From contig NC_092675.1 in NCBI RefSeq assembly GCF_964355755.1, positions 19,192,912 through 19,256,911 of the forward strand: a stretch of DNA of 64,000 bases, given 5' to 3'. Below are positions 35,801-50,800 of this stretch, piece by piece. The stretch's first letter is position 1. Each line of letters opens with the position of its first letter. The notes beneath the pieces are model-generated. The model was not told the DNA's origin, did not search any database, and saw only the letters and a program-made list of their open reading frames with translations. A program made the position numbers and the translations under genes. The DNA is from Antedon mediterranea. Its lineage: Eukaryota > Animalia > Echinodermata.

Positions 35801-38800
35801 AATAATTTCCTACTTGCTTAACTTATTAGTTTAATACATCTGCTTGAGATTTGTATCAATCAATTGCTTTCTTAACCTTAAAAGGAGATGGGGAAGGGAA
35901 TTTAAGAGTAAAGAAAGATATTCACCCACTCTTACATGAAAAACACTATTGAGGTCCATTGAGTTAACCTTATACCAAGTTTAGTTTGTACATACGGTCA
36001 ACTCTCCCAATACTGTACACCTTTGGGCTGGTCAAATATGTTCGGAATATGTTTTAAAGGTAAAAGGTAATTTGTGACCATCTGAAAAATATGGTATTGG
36101 GAGCATTTCTGGTTTCAAAGACTAAGATATTGGGAGAGTTGACGGTATCATAAGATAATCAGTTTACTCTATTTCTCCATAAAATAATTTTGCCACGAAT
36201 TCAAGCAATAAAATTTGATTTTTGTATACTGATCTGTTTTTCATCTTCAGAAATAAATTTGATTAAAAAAAATGAATAATTCATACCAAATAATTATTAT
36301 TTAAGCCTGTTGAACTAATTTTCAAAAATGTCGACAAATTTAAATAGCATTCTAATCCAGCGCACATGAAGCTGCGATGTAATTAGCCTGAGGTGCTGCG
36401 TACATAACCCAACCATGGAGGTTTATACCTCCATGACCCAACAGTAATGCAGGCTTACACATTTGTTCTTGTTTATCATATATATCCTTGTAATACTCTT
36501 TGTATCAACAGTGCTTATATTATGTCAGTCTGTACTTTGTTGGTTTAGTAAAATGTAATTCAAGTAAACATGGTTATAGAATATTTCTATGCCAATACGT
36601 ACAATGATACTAGATAGGAATGTTTATGAATTTAAATGTACATGGCACAAGGGAAGAACAACCATGCCATCTGTTGATCTGGGCTTCCATGGTTGATTTG
36701 CTACAGATGCAACATTAATATTGAGTGAGTATTCATATGGTGTTTATTCAAATTATTGAAAAATGCAAGTAATATAGGCCTTGATAGTAAGCACAAAACC
36801 CATGTTACTTAACATTAAAAAATAAATGTTTGACAATAAAAACACAATCTGTAAACACATTTTTGCTGGTTTAATAATATATGTTAATCTCTGTCTACAC
36901 TATCAAACTAGTTTGACAAAAAAGTGAGTGTGCCCAAATATGGTAGTGATATGACATCATCATGTCCATATATAGGCACATCACATTGACAGTGTAGACA
37001 GAGCTTAAGCCTTCATGTTCCCAGAGTTTGTTATTCCTTTTAATCACCAGTTTCCGCCAGCATTAATGAACCATTGTCGATTAAACTCATTCAAGAGTAT
37101 TATCTCACGATAGATAATCTTCTTGTTTTTTAAGGAAACAATTTTTGCTTGTTCACTCTATTCATACGTAAAACATGATTGATGATTATAATTTATGTAC
37201 AAGTAATCTGAATATCCTTTAGTTGTGATTAACAAAAAAGGCAAATTAAAAACATGTTTAAGATCTATTTTTAATGTTAATTAATGAGGAAATGTGGTCC
37301 GATTAAATGTGTATTTTGCATTTGCTTCTAAAATTCTCCGATTGAAACATAAAATTGAGTTCATGTGTTATCAAAATAAAATCACTTACCATATTAAAAA
37401 CAAATATGAAATAACTGAGTTCATATTAAATATTCTGGTCAGCAAGAAGAAATAAAGTATGGTGTGCAAAAGACTTTTGGTGGAACTAAACATAATTTTG
37501 TCCTATTTGTGCTTCCCATAAGCATGATGTTAGGCAGCCTTGCTTGGATGCAGTTTTGGTGGTACCGTTTCTAGGCCCAAAAACGACCCAACTGCACATC
37601 AGTGAATAGGTCCTAAGTTGTCACAAACGAAGAGTCACATACAAACATGAAAGAACATCAACATCAATCAAATTTTCTTACCTCCAAAGCATCTGGTGTA
37701 TTATCAACAACATAAATACGAATGTTGTAATCGATTGCCGTACTTAAACATGGCGCAAAAGCTGCTAACTGTAACAGTTTCATCGGGTGTCTGTCATGGT
37801 TTGGTTCTCCTACGAGACAGTACCAGCCTAGGTGGTCCACAACCATTGAACACGTGTCATGATTAAGCTGACAATACACACTTGTGTTAATTGTTTCTTC
37901 ACCAAGTGTTGCTATTTTCTATTGAAAATAAAAACATTTTATCCATTTATTTTGGAACTAATAATGTTAACTTATTGTTATTTTATTTTTTATATATTAT
38001 ATTTTAATCACAATTATTACTGATATTTGTTGTTCTCTAATTATTACTAGGCATTTTTTACAGCAAATATCAATATTTCATGTGCTGTTTTTTGTCATGT
38101 ACTGTAACCTGTAGTCTTGTTAGTGGGTCAAGCTTAAAGTATCATACTTATTTGACCTCCTTTCACACTTCTTTGTTTTGTTTTTTAAAGTACAAGTATC
38201 TCTATATATTTTGTTTAAATTAGTTTGATTACCTTAATGTTTATTACTATGATACCCGTTTCATTGTTTCACATAACTTGTATTATTTTTGAAGTGTGAA
38301 AAATTGAATAAAAGAAAAAAAGAACAAAAGAAAAAGAAAGAAAACTAATGGTCTATCAGTAGACATAATGTTTGAGGGGTAGTGATATTTCTCTCCAAGC
38401 TTATACAGTTTTGAAATGTACTTTTTCTAGCTTTGTAACTCATTTTTAATTTTCAATTTTGTTTGTCAATTAATCCTTTTTTCTTCTTTAGACAGTTGAA
38501 CAACATGGTTAATGCATACTAAACAAAAATTACTGTTGAAAAGTGTTTTCTTTTTATTTATATGTAAATGTATTATTTTATATCAGATAATATTATTATT
38601 TTTAAAATCTACAATTAGTAGTTAGATTTTAATGCGATATATATATGAATATGGATAACTACTAATAAAAAGATAAGTTCTTCCAAGCTTTTGGAAAACA
38701 CTATAGCTTCAAAAGTTGGTAGGTATTTTATCTATCTAAGAAATTTTATTTAGAGCATGCTGTACAATACATTAAAAATTAAATTATTCCCTATGAAAAA

Positions 38801-41800
38801 ACATTACACTTAATAGTGATATATGATGTGTACAATGGTAGTCTTTAAAACATAGTCACGTTTATTTTGTATGTTTTTTCTAAATTGTTCATGCATCAAT
38901 TTATTAATAGCCTTGTGGGAATGTATGAAAAATTACGAGAGAGCCTGTTATAAATAACAGTTGTATCTAACTAAAATTGTTATGTAGATTAATGACAAAG
39001 AAAAAATAAGACATTTTAAAGCTACAGTACTCAGGTAAGCTAAAAATATAAAAGGAAGCCATAAAAAACAACAATAAAACCCATATTTAGTGAAATGTAT
39101 TCTTAAACTACTTGTTACTGATGTAAGCCCACACCCTGTGTACATACACTCTTACTTTTAGAAATGGCAAACACATTTATGCACATCAAAAGATTATTTT
39201 TCGGTACTATAATACCTGCCTAGTATACGAACGGTAAACAACAACCCACATGGTAACCAAGACCATACAGTAGTACCATTATACATTGCATCCAAGGGTA
39301 GATCCTCAAATTAATAAACAAAAGGGGGCATGAAGTGATGATACAATATAAGTATTCACTTTAAACATAAAATATTTTTCTTGCATTTGAGTTAAACAAT
39401 TTTCTAGAGGGAACCTAGCCATTTAAACATCTCTTAAACTGATCCCCACAGAATGTGCACACAACAAATTCAGCTGATAGCACTCAACCACATATCAGAT
39501 CATGACTTCCTCTGACCATATAACCCTTGTTCGCCCTATCAATTCATTACTTCTCATTTATTACAGTCTCTTTTCAATTTATCTTTCGATTAGCAACCTC
39601 TTGAACAATATTCATATCCATTAATTCAATCACTTATTCAATTTATTCTACTGTTACTCATCAACCATTTCCAACTGTTTTTCTCATTTGTGTTCATAAA
39701 ACGCATTAACAATAATGTTCCGGTATCAGGTTGTGTTTCATTCCCTATTTATTAAATCGCCTAGCAGAAAATAAAGAATTGTCTAATAAATGTAGAATTT
39801 CCTCTGGCAAGTATGATCGTAATGTAATGTTAAATCTAAGTTAATGGTTATTTTCAAGATATGTTTGAGGCATAGTATTTATTGGTAATATATTTTTGAG
39901 GATTGAAATATATGTTAGAGTTAATATTTGAGATTGTGATCTATTTCTTTTACTTTTATTGTTTTATAACATTTTTCAAGTAATTGTGTCAATAAGTAAT
40001 AAACAAATGAGGTTACGTCTAGACAATTATCGTATTCGTATGGGACTTTACTGTTGAGTATAGTTTTTCTGTTAAGTAAATATTTAATGGGATATTTTAA
40101 GCACTGAGATTGTTCTTAACGAAAAAGTTTGCATTGTTTAAAGTTTCCTATTCGAACTCAAATACAAAAAAGTACTCTATGGATCTTTTTGTTGACTACG
40201 AAAGTTCACAATCAAATACGACAATTGTGAGAATTAATATTTGCGATGACACTCTAAATTGGAACCACTGACCGCCCTGGAAGTAACTATTCACGTATGG
40301 TAAGATAATACAAAAATCGGCATAGATGTTTTAGTGTTTCTAAAGGCACCTAATTGATCATTTACAGTCATTGTATTATTAACATGATGTACTTTAAATT
40401 TAATGTGTTATATAATATACTTTTATATAAAATTTCCTTTGAAAGTAGTAAAATTTTATGCAATATTTGCATTATATTTCACAATTATAATGTCTTTGAA
40501 AATATCCATTAATAAAAAATACCATTGTTATAGATGTTGTCCTACTTTACAAATGTATCTCATTATTATGTATTTTAAGAATACATTTTATTCTATAAAA
40601 AATATCATTTGTATAAGGCGGAGAAATAATTTAAAAATAAATTATAGTATAAAATAATTTGTCTGAGGAGAACAAATTATTTGTGTGTCAAGAATGATAA
40701 ATGTATAAAGGTTAACATAAATAATATTAAGATGAATTAAGTAACTTTTGATGTAACTTTGTTATTTGGAAAAAGAATTTACTTAAAAGAGTTTACAATA
40801 TAACCATAAAAATAAAAATAAGAACATTTCTGTTGGGAGAATTAGTCTAATGTGTGAAATAATATCATAATTATCAAGGTAATCTGATTGTACAATTTTT
40901 AGATTATTCTCAATTTACCCTAATTCCTACCCCCAAATGTCACACCCAGTGAGTATTTTGCAATGCCTTTTTCACATAGTCATGACGCCAATCTGAGGAT
41001 GAGAATTCACTCAGGTGGATCGTTACCCATATTATTCAACCCTAGAGATTGTCTGTGAAACATTATCTCGCAGTATTTTGTATTACCTAATGATTTCTAA
41101 GTTTCAATAAATATTCTAATAATCACAGACTGTAGCAATCTTGTGAAATTTAGTGTGATGAAAAGATGGAAAATGTAATAAAATATTTCTATTTGCAAAT
41201 TTGAAATAATAAATATATGATATGATATAGAGTCTGTTACACAGAAATAACAGAAACTTTATTTAATATTCTTTCAGAATAACATTCAATAATCGTAGCC
41301 TCGTTATAACTTTGTTGTCAGAGGTAATGACATCAAACAGTATTTTTGCTTTTGGCACATGTCTCGAAATATAGGACGAAAACAATTGTAACCAAATTTA
41401 GAAGAATTTTATGTTTTAATCTACATTGCAATGAGAAATATATATCTATGATAGTTGACCATTTTATAAAATGAAATGTACTTTTTTGGATTTGAAGGAA
41501 TATTAAAATATATATAATCTGATTAATTTACTAAAATCCAGATGTGTACACATCTACAGCCAATAAATAATAGAAACGTGTACATTTTAAATTTAGAATT
41601 ACAACTTTTAATTGTGTTTTTTTTATTGTAATCATTTGTTTTATATATGACAGCTGTATACTTCCTTTTTATACTTGGATTCGGTTATGTAATTAATTTT
41701 ATATGCGTTTTACTTGAGAGGTAGCAAAATTTATGTTTACAAGATGCATATAGTATCTTTATAATGAATATGTAGAAAAAAGAAAATTTACCAATATTGT

Positions 41801-44800
41801 GTCTAGACTTGTTGTCAATGATGTTTTGTTTGTATTAATACATGTATTTAAGGATACATGAAATTGTATAGTCATGTACTGCTGTTGTACGAGTCATTCT
41901 AGGTGGTAGGGGTAGGCCTTATATATTTCATTTGAATGTACACATTTTCTACTTTTGCTGTTGGTTTACATATGGCGATTTTTGTGTGAAATACAATATA
42001 CGCATCATAAACACTTCACACTAATTAATACCTACCTCCCATGAGCTACTTGTCCTAGACTGGCCCTTGCTGTAATATATGGAGTATTTCCAATCGCTAC
42101 TTATTTGTGCTGCACAATGTGATGATGTTAATATCATAGGCTTTACAAGTGTCATACTAGCAGGCCCACAGATTATTATTGGAGTTAGCATCGTCTGTCT
42201 ACTGTTTAATTTAGGCTTATCCATTGTTTCTCTATTATAAGTTATATACAGTTCCTCTGAGTAACCCTTTGGCACTGCTCCCTCGGGAACAAATACACTA
42301 ATACCTGGAAAGGAACAAAATATATACATGTACACAAATGTAATTTAGGCCCTATATGGGTTTGCGACAGTTGATCAATTGATGATTATGTTAAACAGAC
42401 AAGACACCATAGCGGGCCATAGACATTTTTAACGCAAGGCATTGCCCGGGACTGTTCCATGTTCCTTTTGAGGTGTTCCATATTAAGGTGAGGTAAATAC
42501 AATCAGGAAAGTTCTAAACAGTATCTTTACCATTCAGCCAACTTTGCCCCTTTTAATACTAACATTAATATATTTACTAAAAATCAACTAAAATGAAAAA
42601 AAAATGCATGGAACAAAATTAGAGTACATCATATTAAAAGTATGAAATACGTTTTGTAATTACATCTATAAGATGAAATTTACTATTTACTGTTGCAAGG
42701 TGGAATTGGTTGTATATAAAGGCCATCTCATTTTACCATATTAAATTTCATATTTTAATAAAAAAACAAAATAGTCTACTAATGAAAATGTTTTATATTC
42801 GCACAAAAAAATCTTTGAAATAAAATTAGTTAGAAATTGTAGTTTGCTAATTTTGTATTCATATTTTTTTTTAAAGCAAATAATAAAAATATGACAAGCT
42901 AAAGGATTGTAATTAGGATACAAGAGAATCAATACAGAATAATTTAAAATTTTCAATAAAAATGAATTTGTAGCATTATTAAAGGGACAGCATCAGAAAG
43001 AGAGATAGAGAGAGCATTTGTACGTTTGCTCCTTTATACAAATGGTTGCTAAGTGCACGCATCCATACACACATGGGGTATCAAAATGAAAGCAATTTTA
43101 CTGCGAAAAACGTATTTTGCAGTATATTTGCAAAAAATATGAAGTAAATAAAACACACATGTACCTGCATTGGGAACACTTAGTCTACCACCACGCGGCC
43201 CAATCGTACCCCATGCTACACAGTTTGTGTCGATATGTGGTGGCAAGTCTGTGGTCACCCCGGGCGGGGCAACTGAATCAGAATCATACGATCGCATTTG
43301 ATCACTTCCTCTTGATGAAAAACTTTTCTCAGAAGGCATAGAATCACTGTTTGTCAAGCTTGGGAGAATCGGCTCTGCATACATAGGTTCTTTGTTTGAT
43401 AAACATCTATCTGAGCAACAATCAGAATCCGATTTTTGATATGGTAGACAGACATGGGTTACTGGCGTGAATCGACCTGACCTATGAGAAGGGGAATACA
43501 GTTCACAACTACATTTACGTGATGATGCAAGTGGGAGGTTTAATTTCAAATGCTCACGACTCATAGCATGACCGTTGCTGTACCCATTTGCGAATCCGTT
43601 CCCATTTTGGAGCACTTCGTATGGGACATTATATCTCATTCCCTCTGGTGACACTTGTTTCAGTTCACCACAGTATGTCATTGAGCCATCTGATAGATTT
43701 AATGGTGATGTTGTCATCTGTATTTTCTCTGGGTTTGATCCCATCAAAACTGCTTGTGTCTGTATTGGATGTGCATGTGTCAAATCTGGCTGCATGGTCA
43801 ACATAGCTAATCTTGTCTCATCTAAAAGAAAACAAACATAATTCATCATTCTATAATGTATTTTGTTTTCCATGCAAGACACACTATTTTCGTTTGATGG
43901 CAGACCACGGTGCTCGTCATGTCAATTATGTTGAGAGGTGCATTCACCGTTGAGATTGTGTTTGTTCGTGGGTGGTAAAGTATAGAAATATAAAAACTGT
44001 ACCTAATTATGTCTTGACCTCTACTTGTCTTTTCCATCCAGTCAATAGTTTTTTTAATCTATTTATTTATTTAGATATTTATTTTTAAATTTTCAGTTCA
44101 TTTCCATTTCTTTATTTAAGGCTCGCCCAACACAAAATGTTGTTTTTCATATTTTTGGGCATTTGTCATCATTCACTTTTTAATTGCTTTGTATTTTATT
44201 TTTTTACTTATTTTATCGGGTTCCTGTACTATAATTAACAGAGTTGTAAATAAATGTTATGATACAAACAAACGATGATTGATTTCCAGTTATCTATTAT
44301 TTACAGATAGGAGTGTTCTTTTTAGCTGAACGCAATGACTTTGTTCAGTATTTTTGTGCGTGTTCATTTTCCATGTGTAGTCATCAGTATGCCAGATGCA
44401 TAAGGTAAATAATATAATACATGTTCTAAAATTGTGTTCAATTAACAAACAAATCGATATTGAACCCCATGGCTGTAAGGTAATACATTGAATACATTTA
44501 GAATTATTTTTACTTGACAGCAGAATTTGAATTGTATATTTTTTTTTATGTATTCTTACTGTGAAAGTGTACTGATGCAATGTTTGAAACTGATAAAATT
44601 AAAAGGTTAAAACTATACTTTGAAGATGGAAAGAAATCATCATTGTATAAATGTTCTTGAAAATGGATTAGGGTTTCATGAGCTTTTGTTTAATTAATAT
44701 CTATAATATAAGATACTCAAAGACATTTTGTCAGGAAAGATTATTAATGGTTAATGGTGTCCAATACTGTAATTGTAACATTATTTTTAATCCTTATGGT

Positions 44801-47800
44801 AATATGATATAAAAAAAAACCGTATTAATTACCTTTAAAAAAAGATCATTATAAATTATATTGTTCCGCACTCATATTCTTTATTTTTTTAAACAAAATT
44901 TAAATCCAATATTAATTTATTATTCACTAACACCGATAAATGACACACTGACATCATAGATTATGTGCGAAAACTAGATGGCGCGATGAAAAGCGAGTAA
45001 AACCATTAGGTTGATTGACAGTAGTATTACACCCTAGAGTATCGCGTCTTTCTCAAATTTGCCAAATACAAAGAAAAATCATATGTAAATTTGTATCAAA
45101 TTTTATTGAGTGTTCTTTCTTCAAGATTTTATTCTACTTAAACAAAGATGGTAATGTCAACCAGAAACTGATCGGCGAACATATGCATTCATAATACTGT
45201 ATAATGGCATTGTTGCTTGGTACAATGTGGGTGAGTGGCCGAGCGGTTAAGACAGTGGAACCGTAATCACGTAGCCATAACATCGGCAGGGGTTCGAGGC
45301 TCACTCACTCCATGGTTCTGGTGGTAGAACGAGTCTTCTCGGATAAGGACTATAAACCGTAGGTCCAGTGTACACAACTTGCTCGTGTGCACTTTAAAGA
45401 ACCTAGTACATCTTTCGAGACGAGTAGGGGTTACCCCGGTGTATTAGTACATCACAGCCACTGATCACCAACTGGGCCCTCTGGGAGACCAGTCTTTGAC
45501 TGAAGAGGTTACCCAGTATAAATATATATTTCAATCAATTCAATCAATCAATACAGGATGGCATTGTTGCTTGGTACTTAACCTATCAATACAGGATGCT
45601 GGGTCCGAGCTCAGCCACAGTTCTAATATTTACTCAAGGTAAAAAAAGTGTTGTCTACCAAAGTGTAGACAACATTGACTTAAGGGATTCGAAGCTCTAA
45701 TCTTTGCAATAAGAATTTTCAAATAGTCACCTGACATTTCCGTGCAGTGTCGTCCACGTAGTTTCTTGCGTTTGCTCGCAAAGTAAGAGATGACAAACAC
45801 GCTGACAAGTATACAGACTAGCACAGTTAGACCAATACCAACAAATAGTGCTATTGTGTTGGCATTACCTGATGGACTTTCTGCTGATGGAAAGACAAAA
45901 AGATATAAGTAAGGTTGACACAAAATGCAATTTTATAACATACATATTTGGTATAGGATTTTAATGATCTTAACTACTATAATCATGATAAACCCATTTT
46001 TTTTTTGGAATTTTTTGTTTAATAACTAATAGGAAGCCCCACCTACTTACACACAGTACATGCCTCAAGCTCCCATTCACAATTTTTTTTTATTAAATCA
46101 CAATTTAGTTATTTCCATGACCTCTAAAAATTATTTATTATTTAAAAAATATTACAGTCTTGATTTAGATATTGATTGTGGAAACTGAAAAAAAAAAAAA
46201 GTCAAAGAAAATTTATGTAAAAAAGAAAAACCTATTTTACAGTATCTGTAATAATATATTATATGATTTATCCTTAATGAGTTTCTCTGAAAGAAATTGA
46301 TTTCTATTTGATTTAAAGTAATGGCAACATTATGGTAATTGTAAATCAGATTGCATATTCACAAATCCTAAATTATCTTGCTATATTCATAGAATGTTAT
46401 ATCTTTTACAATACAAGCCGAGAAAAAAAGTATTTATTATATATGATTAATTGCACCAGCAAGAAAGTGGTACTTACGTATATAAGAGAAGATATTAAAG
46501 ACAAAAAGCAAGTGTATACTACACGCAAACACACGGATTATCCCTTAGGGTGCTACGTGACACTAAGCTCATATCAACTAATGATTCTTAGTACTAGTAT
46601 TATGCAGCTTGTTTATGATTATCAAATTTAATGGAAACAAAACAGCAGTTTTAGTATATTCCCTGATACGTTTTAACCCCCTAGGTTCCTAGAAATTATT
46701 GATGAATTTTAATGACATTGGGTACATAAACATCATCTTTATTAATCTTTATCAATAATAACATAGACTGAATGACCCATTAAAAAGCATTTGACTACAG
46801 AAATATTTTTACCCCGAAAATATATTTTATTTAAAATAATTAGTGACTTTGAGAAACAAATTGTTTTACCATAACAACTTCTAATGGTTAAATGTTACAG
46901 TTTATCTAATTTTTTTTTATAATAGCAAAATCACAATTGTTTTATTCTGGTATAATGAATAACTTTATTAAACCTACAAAATAAGCTATTTAAAGTTTGA
47001 TTTTATTCATCTTTACTTTTCCTGTTTTTGGGGTTTTGCTGGTATGTTCGTTTGCTCCCACTTGGTATTGATGTTTCTGGATTATAAAAGTATTGTTAAG
47101 GGTTTTATTATATATTTGTACTTAAGAACTATTTGGCATATATATTTGTCTAAAGAAAGAATACAGGTAAACTAGAAACAGACAATCGCCTTACAGTACT
47201 TGAAGTCCCTGGATGTCTAATCGTTTTGGGTATGGTATGCATACAGAATTTATTTAAATTTGAAATAATTCTATCTTTCAGAAATCCAAAACAGGTTTGC
47301 AATGAACTACTTACAAAATATCCATAATTATATAATCATTTCAATCGTAAATAGATTAATCATTTTCTGTTTCAAATAACAACAAAATGTATGTTGACAA
47401 AGCAATAATGTAGGGCATTATACAATGTATTAAAACGTGTAGATTGCTTTTTACATAAAATGAAATTTAGCAAATATATCAATGAATATATAAATTCAAA
47501 GATATATATAAGAATGAAAGCACTCAGAAACCGAGTGAAGTACTTGGCAATATATTGCCACAGAGGGCGCATGTTGATATTTCGGCTCATGTTAAAAGAA
47601 TACAAACTTTTCTTTTTTTTATTTGTGAAGTTATTATTGAACCAATTTTCTTGAATTTCAATAGCCAAGTTCATGTAAGTACAGTATAATATACACCAAA
47701 ATATTCAGAATGATAACTTAAACAAACAAACAAAGAAAGTACTGTACTTGGCAAAATTCTATTTTACCAAATAACAAAGTGGCTATCATTTTTGGATAAA

Positions 47801-50800
47801 GAGTAATTAGAAGTAACAAGAAACTTAATTAAAAAAGTTAATTGTCACTTTTCGATTTATGAATCTTTTGAACATTACATTTACGATAAGTTTTCAAAAG
47901 GAAGTTGGTTTGATATCAAGCTAATACGTCGTCGTAAAGTAACATGACTGAGGAGAAGGCAATATTGATGACCAATTGGATATAGTGTAGGAGAATATTT
48001 CACTTAATATGAAAAAATGAATGATTTGATGAATAATATGATTGATTTATCTATGAAGGTAAAATGAAATATAAAAAATGTTAGAAGATAAATGAATAAT
48101 CATCCCTTTGAACATGTCATAATAAAGTGAGAATGAATATAATAAAAAGATGATGTAATTGTCTATAGGAAACTGTAATAGAATAATAAAGATATTGTTA
48201 TTCCAAAAAAATATATATATTTGTTATTTTATAAATGTATAATAGATGGAGATATCTTGAATATGTACAATCTTCATGTAGGTTATTTTTTCCATTCAGA
48301 ATGCAGTTTGTTAGCACTGCTTTTGTGTTTTTTTTTATTCTATGGATATATGACTTCCGAAATAAATTGAAATTACTGTTTTGATAGAATTTTTAATATA
48401 TTGAGACAATTTTTTCCCCAAAAATAAGACACCTAACTGCCTCAATTTATTATGAATAAGTCAATGAAGATAGAGCCTTCAGTATTTAGTTTGATATACA
48501 TACTGCAAACTAATAACAATATTATGCTAGGGCTCTATTTGAAAAAAAAAATATCTCCTAGCTCCTGAAAGCTCTAATGGCAAACCAAATTATTATTTAC
48601 ATTAAACTCAGTATATTAAATTCAGTATATTATTTTTATGACAAAAATTGTATATAATCAAAATTGTATCCAAACAGTAATATAATAGTTATGATTTTAT
48701 TTTGATGAAGTAATCGTTAATATTTAACCACCCACACAATAACAAATTCTGAAGCATGAATCTATAAATTGCTCCCAGTAAATTGTATATGGATTTCAAA
48801 TTGTCTAGAGTTCTTGCTTGGGGCCTTACCATATTCAAATTTTATATTTTACATTATTCCTAATCAAATATAATAGATTTAACATTAAACTGTTTTCTTT
48901 ATAGTTATTGTAACTTTCATTAGTAGAGACAGTAGTTATTTATATTGTTACATTTTAAATTATGGATTTGACATCCAACAAAATTAAGATAACATTTTTT
49001 TTGTTATCTCCGATTGGTTGACAGCAAGAAATTGGGCACGAACACATTAATCTACGACTTCTGCGAATGAATTAACAAAACATTGGTTTGATAGCACTTT
49101 GATCTTAATAATCAAGAGGTAAACATTTTAAAAAGTAAGTTGGGCACTGCTACCACTAAACCACAAATTGTGTATATGAATTAATTTTTTATTGGTAGCA
49201 CTAACTGATTGATAGCACCTTTGTTGAGCACAATATATTCTGTTTATATTTATTTATAACCTTAATACCTTTTGAAAGAATCTTGCAAATATATTGTGTG
49301 TGATAATATTTCTATCACAATAAAAAAAAACTAATGAATAGCGTATGTATCACAAATGTTGTACTACAACCATGAGACGGAAGAATTTGTATCGGCAGGT
49401 GTGAAAAATAGTTGCAAGACGTAATAATATATTATGATTTGGATGAAAGATTTCAATAAATTCAGTTTGAAGGTGTTAATTAAAACCCTCGATCAACCGA
49501 GTCATTATACATTCAACTTTGAATTGAAATTTAAATTGGGAATTCTTTTTAATGTGAATAATTCATGATGTTCGTTGATATAAACAGATTTGATTGAAAT
49601 TATGTAATATAAGCTGTTCAATAGCAGTGAAATTTAAAAAAAATTAAAATTAATTAATGTCTTTTGTGACTAATATATTAGACTAGTGCAGATTAAAGTT
49701 AAGGAGAGGGAGAGGGGTGACACTGGTCTTTCTTTACGAAAGCATCTTTGTCTGATTGCCATCATAGACACATCAGAAATTGTTTGAAAATAAGTTTATA
49801 TTTGTGAGAAGTTTATAGGAAAACCTATGGGGATAAATAACGAAACATAAAATTCTATTTAAACAACAATTTGAAACAAACTTAATGATATTGGTGGCAT
49901 CATACCATTCACACTAAAAAAGGTATGAGTATTGTTTGTTCCTCAACAATAGGACCTCACCTGATGAATCTCCAAGCTGGTTTTGATCTGGGTTTGGCAG
50001 TATGGCTGGACTTGGGGTTGGCTCCGTTCCACTTACTACTGGCGATACTAGAAAGAAAACAAGTTGCATTATTAACAACTAGCAAATTCTATAAAACAAG
50101 TTGTATTAGTTATTCACAAAACTTAAGTTCAAATCTAAAATCCAATTACAATCATATGGTAAAATTTAGATACAGTCAACTCTGCCAATGACCAACACCC
50201 TTGGGCTGGCCTAATTATGTCTGGTTTTTCTTAATTTCTGGTATTTTGAATGTGTTTTTGATGGTAAAATGAATTATTTGAGACTTTTGGGATCTCAAAA
50301 AGAGTCTAGTGTTAATAAAGTTTGTGGTTTTCAGAAAGGTGTTGGGAGACTTGACTGCATTACAAATATACATTTTAAAATCAACTTAATATTTGAAAGA
50401 TGAAAGTATAACCATACAAGGCAAACACAGTACATTAAAAGCTATAAAAGTAAAGTGTATAATATATTGTGAAAAAAAAACACTTTTACTGTGATCTGTT
50501 CAAAGTTATTAGTGCTTGAGGTGCATGCATCAAAAGAACAACAAATTATCAACTCAATTATTCGATAATTTACTCTTATCACATTGCCATCACATCATGA
50601 ACTTGTGACTCGCCTACAATGTGATGTTACAACTTGTAACCATTAATATGTACAGTAACATTTGTTAAAATGTCTGTACTTCTTCCAATGTTCAGAGTTG
50701 AGGACTAAACCGACATACAAATCCTGAACTTTGGGCTTGGATTGATAGTGACCAATTAGTCGGGAAGAACTTTCAATAAAAACTGGTCAAACGTTTACAC

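Noticed and set aside
43117-43841. Several plus-strand ORFs
   Set aside because: Antisense shadows of the large UNC5 exon.
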